The notes below the pieces were generated by a model. The model ran no database searches. It saw only the letters and a list, made by a program, of their open reading frames with translations, and was not told the DNA's origin. The position numbers and the translations under genes are program-made. Source: Lobosporangium transversale (Eukaryota). Taken from it: a stretch of DNA of 64,000 nt. Shown here one piece after another: positions 48,555 to 64,000 of the stretch. The number at the start of each line of letters is the position of its first letter. The first letter of the stretch is position 1. The stretch is taken from NCBI RefSeq assembly GCF_002105155.1, contig NW_019029021.1, positions 186,001 through 250,000 of the forward strand. Direction: 5' to 3'.

Positions 48555-50979
48555 CTGTCCTAGATAAACCATAACTCCGGACGCGCCCCGAGCAAAGCCA
48601 ACGCAGCCAGCAAAGCGAAATCTAGAAATAGTACTATTAAAATCACCTCCGTTTCCGCCGACGACGATGTCGATGCCTCCGGTGCATATGCATATATACA
48701 GACTAGTTTCAAATGTATGGATATCAGAAGATCAAATGCTTTTGCCGCCGCCTTGGTCTTGGTGTGTGAGTACTCAGTGGCGCCATTTTTTACTGGGGCA
48801 CCCTGATGATTTCTAGGGCACAGTCTGTGAAGCGGTCTCCTTGTCTAACGAAACCATGGCAGTCTCAACGTCGTTGATGGACGCAGCGTCAAATGACAGC
48901 ATGATAATGAGAAGCAAAGATAGCTTCAAAAGGATTTCAAGGTGTATTTCATGGCAAAATGAGGAAAGTAAAACACCGTTGATTCTAAGCGACCAGGGTG
49001 GGCATTACTAAGAATAAAGCTATGACGACTAACAACAGCCGCACGAAGGAAGAATGGGGCCTTTGACAAGGTAGAAGATGAAGTGTGCTTTTGTGAAAGG
49101 GAGGGTGCGGTTCACATTTATACTTGGGAGAGAGTGAGATGATCCTTAACCTAGGCTCCTTTACCACGTTTGGAAGCTCGTGTGGCTTATGGCAGGCGTG
49201 GTATAATTATTGCATGCGTAGATGTAAAGGAATGTTTAAAAAATAGGACGTCAAAAAAACAATGCGTAAAGGACACGAAGAATAAGAGCCCGGATACAGA
49301 ACAGAGGAATAAAGGCTGAGCGAAATTAAAGTTATGACGCAACATTCTACACGTGTTGGCTACATGCAGCCTTAATCTCATAAACATACAGGTTTGTTTG
49401 TGTTACACCCTTGCATAGTTGTTGCCCATACTTGAACACATATACATTAAGAACAGGCTGATTGGTCCAGAAACAAACATGAACACAACGCTCCCGTATT
49501 TACAGGAAATATAGATTAATATCGACGTACTATATCGAACGGGATTAGTAAAACAACAGGCTGTTGTCCGATTCATTTGTTATGCTTTAGGATAATTTCT
49601 TATGAACATGTTACTTTTAAAGATACAGCCAAATAAAGATATATCTCTACATGCTATTAAAATTTGCATCGTGGCGATGAACTACATCCTTATATCGCAG
49701 CCTCGACATCAAGGACGCAATTGAATCTATTCAGGAGCCTGACAGCATAGTTTATCTATTATATTATTTGCTTTTGCATTTAAAAGTAAGCTGCGAAGCC
49801 TAGTATTAATTTGTCAAGGCTAGGCGGGCATTATTCCGAGGGATGCGTAAGGTAAATCAGACTATGAGGATAAGCTGCTTTTTTCTTCTTTTAGCTCCGT
49901 TGGATCTGAAGTAATAATTGAGAATTTAAAAGCAGTGAAAAAAAAGCCTGTCAATTTGGCGATCACATTTAAGAAGAATGTTGTCTGAGTGAATATCACC
50001 ATGTGCAACACCTAATCTGTAAATCACTAGAGTTGGCGCCGTACTGTTAAATCGGGTTATGGGAGGAATCAAAGCATCGTCTGCGCCCTCTAGGGCTCAT
50101 TTAGCAAACCAAGTTCGCGTGAAAGTCGATAGAGAGCCATATTTCGGTCCATGTAGCCTTATATGACCATGGAGTTGCTTGAGCGAACTAGCTGGATCTT
50201 GAGGTGGCATGCCTCATGCGCGATATGCAGCTGGATAGCTGCTGCCTTAGTTCAAGTGGAGGGAAGCCGGTTGTTTCATTTCTATTCGGAGCAGGATCGA
50301 GTTGAAGTCATTTTGCCAAATCTGAGTCTCTAAATTCCCTGCCGCCAGCTTTAAAGCTTTGTGCGGACGAAAGCAAGGATTGAACAGACCCAGTGTCCTC
50401 ACGAAGATATCCTAAAGCGAACTCTCCACAAAATAATGCCTTTGTTTCGGTTCGGAATAGTCCGGTGTGGTATCAAGCGGCATCTGGAGCACGGTTTAAG
50501 ACAGACCTGTAGATGATACTGAAGCCGCAGCAAGCAAAAAAAAAAAAAAAAAAAAAAAGTATGAAGTGACAATTAATTGTTAGATTAGTATGGAGACCAA
50601 CTCGGTAACATATTTCTAACAAAAAGAACGTAGAGAATAATAAAGGTAGGCATTTGGTGTTTTGTCTACCTTTGGGCTGTGGGTGGAAGGTGTGGAAACT
50701 GGTGAAAGTTGATAAATGTGCAGAGAAGTGGAGGCGAGTGAAAGATGAACGTAATGGATCAACATGATACAGTTCGGTATATAGTTTTTTGCTGATTTTT
50801 TTTACTGATTTTTATTACTTCCTTGGCATGCACTAGTGCTTGCATCCCAGTTCTTGTCATATCAAGTACTACTATACGCCGTAAATGTGGCTTCGTATGG
50901 ACGCCAATATGTCAATAGCCGGTTGTTTTATACACCCGTAGTGCAGAGAACTGCCTGTTATTAATGAAAGCTAAATAGG

Positions 50980-51593
50980 CAAATTTGCCCGCTTTACGGT
51001 CCAATGTTTCTTTTGCTTTAAGTCACGAAGGGGAAGCTGATTTTCTACGTCTACGGACCATTCCATCTCGGTTTGATTTCCTAGTGTTGGCAATAGCACC
51101 TCAAACCATCATTTTAGATCGCTCAATTCTAAGAAGAGACTTGGATACAATTTTCTCATCCTCTTTAGAGCGAAGCTTTAGCCTAATTCAAAGCAAGATC
51201 CACAAGGCTAAACAATACTTTCTCATTCCATACATGTCCATTCATTTCCTCTTCAGTGAAAGCAAGTCAAGCTGTGACATGCCTCTCTTCATATCTTTGC
51301 TTCTTAATTACAACATAACTGAAGAAGAACTTGTTTCTATGTAGCACAAAACGGATATTCTTTTGACTGAAAAGCTTGCGGATGCCATCAGTAATCTATA
51401 GAGTTGCACCGCTATTCTTGTTAACACTGACGACAAGAGCCTTGAAGTTCAGACGGTCGCATATCCATTCCAAATTTTTCTCGCTGTCCTATCTTTTAAT
51501 CAGGTCTCGAGCTTTTCGAATGTGGGATACTATGATCTTGGCGATTGTAATCTCATAGAATCCAACGATCCTGTCTTTCTGTTCGAAAGGCAT
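50980..51593 (-). pseudogene. Highly degenerate Tc1/mariner-like transposase remnant
   Basis: Minus strand reads MPFEQKDRIVGFYE (HTH-like start) ... LAFTEEE...WNEKVLFS (cf. Tc1 WxxVLFSDES) ... KMMV*GAIANTRKS (cf. VMVWGAIS..GK). It has multiple stops and frameshifts. Confidence 0.5.
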
Positions 51594-53511
51594 ACTGCAA
51601 TTGAAAAAAGGAAAAAATAAATAAATAGATACTGATAATAATGAATGAAAGTGGTGGCATTATCTTGAGGATCGGGAGACAGTGTTTATTCATTTTTCGT
51701 CGATTTGAAGACAAAACATTTCTTCATGCCTGACTTTAGAAGACAAACAAACAAACATGTCGTAAAAATGGATGAAAAAGCTATCTGTATTAAATATATA
51801 CATGCTAAACATGTGCAAATAACATTTGCCAATATATCTTTACTTTAGTGGTCAACGACAGCGTTGTCAGCTACTCTGATATCGAGAGCTAACGGCTTAA
51901 AACTGCTCTTAAGCTTCGTAAACCAACAGGATACAACAAATAAAGCATCGGGGCTAGTGGACTGCAAATTGGCGATAAAAGAATATGACAGCTCAATACC
52001 ATGGAGGAAATGGACCACGACTCGATGAGCCCCTGCCAACAGGGTATAGGAGGGACAATTAACGAGCTGAATTGAGTTCAACCATCACATTCTTTTAAAA
52101 AAAAAAAGTGTGTCCCATGTAACATGGTCCGCATTAGTGTTTGTCCAATCCTTCGCGGAATGCAATACAACAAGCGTTGCATCAAGGCACTGTTGAAGAT
52201 CCTGCTAGGGGTAAGTTGTGTAAGGAAGCATCGCGAGGGTAATGAAGACAGTGCACACACTTCAGTAAGGCGATTAGTGCGATTCCACAACCAACAATGA
52301 ATATAGAAAGTAGAATCTTTACCTTGTCATGGTGAAGAAGCCAGCAAGTGTCTTTGGGTGCCCGCTCCCGTATATATGACGTCACTGGATTTCGATCCCT
52401 GTAGCGGCTGTGTTGTTGAGGCTCTCTTTTGTGCCACCTCCTGAGAACGGGAAAGAGAAAGAGAATCTGGTGAGTTTACTGTAACGAAGAAAAGCAATAG
52501 ATCAAAATTGACTCTCCTTCCATGTCTATTCCCAGAGGAGAAGAGGGAGAGGGAAAGAGAAAGAGAGTGTGTCTGCAGAGTCCTCTGCCATGAGCAAAAC
52601 CACGGATCAGGGGGTGAGTAAAAGGATGGATGGTCGGCTCGAGGCCGTGCAAGTATTCGTGATGGGGGAACAAAGTGATCCCATCTTCATATGACAAAGA
52701 CTAAAGAGGGCTATGAATCCCAGTCGATTTCAAATGACAGATCAGATATTTCCAAAAATAAAAATAAAAGTAATTATGCCATATCTGTAATACAAAATAA
52801 AAAGCAGCTCAAGCCATCCTGTTCACATTCACTGCAAACGAATCTTCAGTCAAGTTGCCCAAACTCTTTATCCCATCTCATTCATCATCGGAAGACGTGG
52901 TCAAAATTTCCCATGTGTATACCCAGGTTGCAATGTCGTATTGTATCGATAGTATAGTGACAAAGAAGAATGCACAGACAATTTTGGTCCTTGTAACATT
53001 CATTGAAAAAAAAGGTTCTTCTATGTTTGTCTTGTTTATAACAAGGAGATCCGTTTTATTTTCTTTCACAAGCACATGTTACGGACAAAATAGCTCCTTT
53101 AGCCCATTCATCAGATCCGCGTGTGTATGCATGCGTATCTTTGATATTGAGAGCGAAAAAAAAAATACGACATTACATGATCATGAACTTATTCGCTTTT
53201 ATCTCTTTTTTTACTTTGGGTTTGTAATGACTTCTACACCTCTTTTATTCTTCTTGGATTTTTGCTTTTCTTTCTTCTTGTCTTCACCTACTTACTGTAT
53301 CGCCTCTTTTGTTTAAGAACTATCTATCTTTTCATCTTCATACTAATGCCCCTCAAAAATTCTCGCACAATCTACATCAGTAATTTGTCAAATACATCCT
53401 TCGTTTGTTAAAATCGCTAGATCGGCTCCCTACAACTTTATTGTTAGCATCCATTTGTTTTTAGGGTCAGATTAGACTCCACACTTGACATAAAGAGCTT
53501 CGGATGAAATC

Positions 53512-55438
53512 ATGCAGCATCCTCCACAGAGAAACCCCCCTCTACAGCAACTGCACACGCAAGCCCATCATAACTTGGGACAACAGCAGCAGCAGCAGCA
53601 ACAGCAACGCGATCAGCTAAGTGGGGCTGAGCATACCCATTCCAGAAATACGACTGGATCGGTACCACTAGAGGACTTTTCTGCCCCTCGTAATAATCAT
53701 CCTCCTTCTTTCCAACAGCTCACACAGAGCAACGCGATCTCGGGCTTTGGTGGTGGATTAAGCCTCACGATACCCTCGTCACCAAATAATAGTGGCGGTA
53801 GCCCTATGCTTTCAGGCCTTGCGTCTGGCGCTGGCGCAGATACCATAGGGAACCATGGCTTTGGGAATAACAGCCATAACAATACCAGTAGCAGCCGCAA
53901 TGATAATAATGACAATACTATCACTGGCTTCGAGTCCTTAGAATCATTAGCTTCGCTATCTGTACTATCTCCCACACTATCGACACCTGGGGGTAGCGGA
54001 AGAAGGAACTCTAGTTCGAGCACATCCACTGGATATTTTTCATCTTCGTTTCACCCGCCACAGAGCTTGCCAATGATATACCAAAATCAGCCAATAGGAC
54101 CCCTATCCAATAACAGTAATGATGGGAGTGGTGGCGGTGGTGGAGAACATGTTGTTGATAACAATGATAGCAACATGAATGGATCGTATTACAATCAAAC
54201 AACACCGTCATCATCGTTCCAGAATACATATTACCAAAACTCTACTCAAGATCTGCTTACGTCTCAACAAGGACAGAGGAAGCGGCAACAGGGAGCTTAT
54301 TACCAACATCAGCAACAGCATCAGTATCAGCAGTATCAGCAACAGCAACCATCGTCGTCTGCTCGTTCGTTACCCTTGCCAGCATACTCTACTTCTTCAT
54401 TATCTTCATCACTTCCCGTATATTCAACTAGCCTACAACAGTATAGCCAACAGCAGCGGTATCGCCAGCCAACAGTTCTATCGCAGCAACAGCAGCAGGA
54501 TCAATTTTATCGTTCTTTAGCACAGTCATCAACTCAACAACAACGCTATCATCAGGAAAGCATACCTTTACCCCATCCGACATCTCAAAGCGTCCTGTCC
54601 ACATCTTCCTTTCCGCACGAGGGACCACCTCGAGCCAGAAGCAAGAGTTTGACTGTAGTCACAAGCACAGCTATGAAGACAAATACGAATGCGGACACCG
54701 CAGCTGTTCCTCCTTCAAATTCAGGCTCACAATCAGCATCGTTAGAAACAGCCTCCAGTCATGAAGGCGGTACCAAAAAAGTTTATATTCCAGCACGACC
54801 ACGGATGATCCCTCCACGTCCGCCACAAACGTCTGCTCCCAGAAAATATCATGGCCGTCAAATACGTAAGTTGTCAGCTCCATCGATTAATCATTATCAA
54901 GTGTCCGGGATGCAGGAGCTTGTGCCGCCAGCAAGACGAATGGCCCATATCCAATCAGAGCAAAAGCGACGCGAAAAGATTAATGCAGGATTTGAAGAAC
55001 TCAAAAGCGTGATACCAGAGTAAGAGATTTTTTTGTGATGGAATATCAAACAGTCTCCTTTGCGTGTCTGTCTTTATGAACATTCTGCATCAAAAATCAA
55101 TAACCAAACTAAAATTTTAATTCTGGGTTGATCTTCAAACCTTGTGCTGGCAATAAAACTTTCAGGTGTGCACAAAACACAGACTCAAAAGCCACTATCC
55201 TTAGGAAAGGTATGTTTATGCTGTCATATGCCTCTTTCTTCCCTACCCCCGAAAAAAAAAAAAAAAAAAAAAAGACGCGTTTTATTTTATTTTTATCCTG
55301 CCGCGCATTGACTTTTTTTTTTTTTTTTTTTTTTTTTTAACAGCTGTGGACCGGATATTAGAACTTGAAGATGAATTACGGAAGTATACAGGCGAGTTTC
55401 ATTATGTGCCCGAGGATTCTAAAGAACGTGAGGAGTAG
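53512..55438 (+). CDS. bHLH transcription factor with long Q/S/N-rich N-terminus (3 exons)
   Basis: RRMAHIQSEQKRREKINAGFEELKSVIPE|CAQNTDSKATILRK|AVDRILELE. Exons 53512-55019, 55166-55209 and 55344-55438 splice in frame with GT-AG boundaries. Confidence 0.93.
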
Positions 55439-56578
55439 ACGTGTAATAGCCATTGAAATGTATAATTTGTAAATATTTAATAAACCCTACATTTATTTCA
55501 CATCGTTTGGTTGCACTTGTCGCTGGTTGGCTGATTTTTTTTGACGTACATGTACATGGATAGAGGATTTCTACGACTCTTTGCCGAAATTGGGATCAGT
55601 TCGTTGGTCATTGGTCAGTTCTTCATTCACAAAGCGTTGAGAGTCCGGAAAAAATTATATTTGGGCTAACAGTTGCAGGGAGAAAAGAGAAAAAAGAGAT
55701 TGAGATAAACCTCCTTCGTTACTCAAACTTCATTCTTTCCACACACAGCATCAGTTTTGTGCGTCCATGCTTAAAAAAAAAAAGGGATAAATGCATGTAA
55801 AGTTGTCGCTCAACCGCAAAATGTTCGTGGCATTAGCTGATTCCATGCTGCATCTTTGTGTCACAAGGCGCTACTGACTTTGGCTTTGGCTGCACTGCAT
55901 GGGCCAAGCAAAAATAGATGGTCATTTTGTACAAGTCTGGCTGCTGTACGCGCGTAGTGAAAACACTTTCACTTCATTTCAGCACACAGAGCCCTGTCTC
56001 AGTCTTCGCATTCTGTCTCCTCACACTTTGCTCAGCCCGCATAGACCAAGCTGTGCTTTCATATCCAATGCTCTTCTTGACTTGGCTGTATTTTGGCAGC
56101 TCAAAGTTTGCTTTGATACTGTGTAAATGAAGAGGTTGGAATTTTCTTTTATGTCTTCCTTTTTCTCCCCAACCCCCTTCTTTTTCTCTTCCCAAATTTG
56201 GGGAAACCTCTTTGTTTGGGAACAGCTTGCAACAAGGATTGAAAAGAAGCAACTTAGCCTGTGGATAATTTACAATGTGATGTTGTTCAACAACAACTAC
56301 CTCTTTTCTTACTGCCTTGCTTCATGTAAACACTTCTTTCGTCAACTTTCTTTCCGACACAAAAAAAAAAAAAAAAAAAAAAAAAAAGCACCTCTTCCTG
56401 CATCCTGCACACTTCTGCACTCTGCACTCTGCACTCTGCAAGCAACACTGGCAATTTTATTGTTTTTCTTTTTTTCTGCATCTCTTCTTCTCTCTGCCTT
56501 TTCTTTTCCCACTCTCACTAACCTCCTGCTCTAGATCTCCTTTTACAGAACTTCTTGTTTCACATCATTCAGAGTTTT

Positions 56579-56580
<2 letters not shown>

Positions 56581-56614
<34 letters not shown>

Positions 56615-56750
56615 TATACTTTTTAAACTTCCCTTCTTTTCATCCTAACCTTGATACTCAGACAGAAGCTTCAATTCTTTATTTTGTTTCTTTAACCAAC
56701 AGCAGCAACCAACAGCAGCAACCAACAGCAGCAACCAACAGCAGCAACAA
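56581..56750. repeat. (AT)n and 13-bp (accaacagcagca) repeats upstream of the PAS gene
   Basis: About 15 AT units at 56581-56610, and accaacagcagca x3 at ~56695-56745. Confidence 0.85.
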
Positions 56751-56792
56751 ACAGCAATACTAACAACAGTAAGAACAAGAACAACTAATCGC

Positions 56793-59072
56793 ATGTTTGT
56801 AGTCGACAATTTCATTTCCTTCCATGATCTCACACCATCCGGCAACTTCCTATGGGCATCGTCTTCAATTGAGGCATGTCTAGGCTATGACCCTGAAGAG
56901 GTTGTAGGCTGGAATGCATACGATGTGATTCACCCAGAGGACTTTTCCCATGTCAAAGTCGTACATGGGGAGAGTATGATGAATGAAATGGTTGGAACTC
57001 AAGTTTTGTTGCGAATAAGGCATAAGAATGGAGAATATGTCCAGTGTATGGTTTTATTCAGTATATGCTACGACTACATCGTCTCATGCTTCACTCTAGT
57101 TGATCAGTCAGCAGGAAGCAGTAAGTGAGAAAATTAAAAAAAAAAAAAAAGTCAAATATTTACCCACATTCATATAAACATCGTGCAAGCATGGTAAACC
57201 TTATCCAATTGGACCCCTTCCAAAAAAAAAAAAAAAAAAAAAAAAAATAAGAGAAAAGTATTAAATAGTCTGAACGCGTCGAAAGCTCATCTTTGTGCAT
57301 TTCTGTCGATTGGATACTCCGAGTGGGTCTCACTCCAATGCAAAATGATGGAGAGCTTTTCTTCTTTTCTTTATAAACGGTGCTTGGCCATATTAATATT
57401 GGTTTTGCTGATGAATGGTATCTCTAACCTTGATTTTTTTGTTTTTGTTTTTGTTTTTTCTATAGTTCGAAAAGTTGGCACCTATTCTGCTGCAATGACC
57501 AGTCTCGTAGGGTCTAAAGAAGAGGTACATCATGGACGACCTTGATTGTTCATTACGATATTCAATAAGTTTGGTCGTGAAGTGTTTTTTGCTAACGGAT
57601 TGGGATATACGTCAGAGGTCATCGAAAGGTTACATTTCACATTCCACGTTGACTCTGAACAACTGTATTGGAAGTAGGCCTCACGATGTGTCAAAAAAAA
57701 AAAAAAAAAAAAAAAAAGTTAACACCATAGGATGGCATCTTGAGATGTGATTGGTCCCTCTTCGGACCCATGAACACTAATCCAATCAGCCAATAAATGC
57801 CCCTGGTTCCCCGCTATCATATTCAGTCCCTATCCTTATTTGGAAAAGACCTTTTTCCAGCTTTAATTTCTTGCTTGTATTAAACCATGTCTTTTTCCCC
57901 CTGTGACATTCATAATGTAGGAATTTGCACGTATTCGACGCCATCATCAAGCTTTCCGTGCAAACACATGGAACCCTGATAGTCTTGAGTTAGAACCTCG
58001 TGTCTGCATGTTACTCAATCGTTTCTCTCGAAGTCTTTGTATCATGTACGCATCTCCATCATGTGAGATGATCTTAAAGATCGATTCTGACTTGGTAGTT
58101 GGCAAACCTTTCCTTTTGTATGTACGGTCAGACGATTTGGGTAGATTTGTAGAACAGGTTGATATTGCAAAATCTTCTAGTGCTGTCACTCATATGAAGC
58201 TCTGGTTCCAATCACCTGATTCTCGACAAGAAATTCCATGCGAGATCATGTTGTTTGGTGCTGCAGACGGCATGATTGCAATCCTTAGACGGTGCAAACC
58301 ATTTGTACGGAAATATTTGATCACCGAAGCCCCTCCCTCGGAATACTTTGCAAGCGCGTCATCAGCCAATTCATCATTCACTTACCATACAGACATCAGT
58401 AGCGGTTATAACCGCTGTAGCAACAACAACGATAGTTACACCTTCAACGTCGATTCCAATTTCAACGTCAGCAGTAGTTGCAGTAATAGCCAAAGTAACA
58501 GCGATTGCAACATCAACAATAGAGGAGATCCTCGTTTAAAATACATGTATAGCATCGATGACAGGAGTGCCCGATATAGGACCAGTAACTCTTCAGTCGA
58601 GTCGGCTGCTTCCTCCTATTCCTCATCTACATCTGGGTCATCATTCAATCACTTAGGCCACAGAGCATATGGAGCTCCCTTACGCAATCTGCCTATTGGA
58701 TCAATTAACAGCATTCGAAACTTGGATAATGGGCAGAATGAACTAAGGCCTCTAACGTCAATAAAGGGCGATGAGGTACAGATTGTGGATTCTGATACAG
58801 CATTACCAGAAGGCTACCGGTTACGGAGGCATCATGTCGTCGAGCCTGATGTGGAGGAGACAGGACTGGAGGAATATATCGATTCCCTCGCTCTACACGA
58901 GGAGCTTCAAGGAAAGCACTGCAAAGATACTTTCAAAGTACCTCGAGATATTTATACAGGGAGCATTGATGTATTTGATACGGTGGATGATGATGGTTGT
59001 AATAGCAAGTATCCGTATTTTGAGGAGGAGTATGAGGAACTGCAGATGCCATCATCACGTGTGGTCAGGTAG
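56793..59072 (+). CDS. PAS-domain protein (two PAS-like domains, no recognisable output domain), 3 exons
   Basis: Exon 1: FLWASSSIEACLGYDPEEVVGWNAYDVIHPEDF...LRIRHKNGEYV (PAS). Exon 2 is ~57466-57524. Exon 3, from 57921: EPRVCMLLNRFSRSLCIMYASPSCEMIL...VGKPFLLYVRSDDL (second PAS-like domain), then an S/N-rich tail. Confidence 0.85.
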
Positions 59073-59348
59073 TAATCATTGTTAATATCCTATTCCTCCC
59101 ACCAACATGTACATTGCTTAGAAATATATCGCTATGATGTTAGCAGAGTAAGCTTGAAGAATAAAAAGTACAAACGCATGTTTAAAAAACAAAAGCGCTC
59201 AGCCTCTTTTGCAACCTTTTTTTATTTTTCCTTTGAAACTTTATATTAAGCTTGCTGTGTAAAAACAAAAAATGTCCCTCATTGAATAATCTTTTATTTA
59301 CAGTTATAATACGTCCTAATATTTAATATAAACGAGAAAGCGTTTTTT

Positions 59349-62447
<3,099 letters not shown>

Positions 62448-64000
62448 TTAAATCGTTACAAGGATAACTGTGTGATGAAGGGAAACAATCCTTTGTTTTT
62501 TATCTTTCTTTTCTTTCTTTCTTTCTTTTTTTTTTCCCTTGGAGTAAGAAGAAAAGAAAAATACAAGGCAAATGTGATAAGGAAGAGGATAGGGTGGAGA
62601 AGAAAGTGAGCGTTTGCGAGGATAAGAAAAATAAAAACTCAATTAGGTCGCAAGCATATCTCTGATAAAAAGAGAAAAAAAAAATCAGTGGCTTGGTGTT
62701 TATTCATTAGGATATCCATTGACTGATAACCTTAGATCCGCTGATCATTTTCTTTCCTTTTCTTTTTTTTGTTACTATTACATTTTACGGACGTAATGAA
62801 TATGACTGAAGGCCTACAGATCTATAGAACAGCACGTATTCTTATTCATCTCTTTAAAAACAAAAAGTTGAAAAACAATTGAAGGATAAAAGATGGTTGG
62901 GGAAGAATATCTGACTTCAAAGATACTATTCGTTGTACGTTACGCTTTTATTTTCAAAACCAGTCATTACACTACACTTTTATATTTTGTCTTCACAAGG
63001 TAAAGCACTATATTTCCTAGCGAGGCAAGAGCTCACCGTGGTGAAGCCACGGTCTCCGGTTCACAATGTCTATGTCTAGAAAATCGTACTAAAGTCCATT
63101 GAATGGACACGTGAGAAAAGACACAACTTTATGACTTTTTGTGACTGTTAACATGTTACATTACAACAGTGGTAAGTCAACTTTCCTCCTCCATTGGGCA
63201 GTTTAGTTTTAATAATGAAATCAGAGAATGATGAAAAACAAAACAAAGCCCTGACAAAGGTTATTTGTTACACGAACCAGATCCAGACTAGAAACCATTG
63301 TCGTAGCTAAGTCCATTATTATTTAGCTTTGTCGTAGGGTATGGGTATTAAAGCTCCAGATTGCCGTAAAATACATTCGTAGAGCTTATTCAAAGATAGG
63401 TTACGAAGCCTCTCTTAATCGGGTGGAAACTTCCCTCATTTAATTGACACTGTCATTTTCACCCAATTCATTCCGCTACTTCACCCTTGCTGCTGCGTCT
63501 TTGGACGTTTTTAAGGAGGCTCAAGTCTCTGATGATCCTGCATTCGACACCCAAGGGATTGAGGAATGACTATCCACAACTATTCACCGTGTTCCAACTC
63601 GAGTTACCAAAGAGGATATGGAAGTAGATGGTTACTATCATATCCCAGCATACTATTCCAATCAGCCCTCGGAATAAAACGCTAGCCACTCTAATATATG
63701 AAGGGCGGGTTTATAAAATTTTGTCACCAAGCCCAGTTATAGGGGCCTGAGACAGGTTCCCTTGCAACTTCTTTTTTGTAATGATGAGAGTCGTGCCACT
63801 AATCTTCTCTTCCCTGGAGTCTGTTCGAACATTTGAAATATGTGATTCCTACATATAAAAATAGATAAATGTATAAACCGTCAAGATCCATCATTTCCAT
63901 TGTTTATCCAATTGAGGGCGTTAACAGTGTAGACTCTTACCTTTTCCTTCACTTCCAAGTCATTTTCTGAGCACTCAGCTGTTCCTTGCTGCAAAACAGT

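Noticed and set aside
52320..52390. KDTCWLLHHDKV resembling a cytochrome b5 fragment (minus strand)
   Set aside because: Only about 12 residues of similarity and no HPGG heme motif nearby; probably chance.
63036..63080. Hairpin accgtgg-tgaag-ccacggt followed by CTAG, like a Helitron 3' end
   Set aside because: The CTAG is ~20 nt away and followed by A rather than T. There is no second copy or Helitron ORF in the window.

Overview
Eukaryotic, intron-containing fungal DNA with GT-AG introns and long poly-A/T tracts. Gene content and style suggest Mortierellaceae (Mucoromycota); this taxon call is an inference. Housekeeping genes: an EST1/SMG6-like N-terminus (truncated by the window), a GH81 beta-1,3-glucanase, a DNAJC8-like J protein, SMC4, an LMBD1-like cobalamin transporter, a PAAT/C10orf88-like protein, an SLC35E1/Sly41-like transporter, an ERMP1-like M28 peptidase, isovaleryl-CoA dehydrogenase, ARFRP1/Arl3, a bHLH factor, a PAS protein and ADE5,7. 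Embedded among them is an unusual repeat architecture. (1) Two inverted copies of an intronless F-box/LRR-like gene (13487-15022 minus; 34921-36456 plus) bracket a ~19.9-kb block of 6 housekeeping genes. About 2.07 kb (C-terminus plus 3' flank) appears identical between the copies, while the N-terminal 1.16 kb carries 28 substitutions giving 25 amino-acid changes, many at LRR variable positions. (2) A near-perfect palindrome with 3.58-kb arms (37341-40922 / 41824-45406) and a 901-bp spacer, built partly of 26-, 37- and 8-bp tandem subrepeats, lies in a ~17-kb region with no intact gene. (3) A four-copy ~0.65-kb non-coding repeat carries a conserved hairpin at which one copy switches haplotype. 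Degenerate piggyBac and Tc1/mariner remnants and a MITE-like element are also present. All comparisons were made by eye; exon boundaries are approximate.
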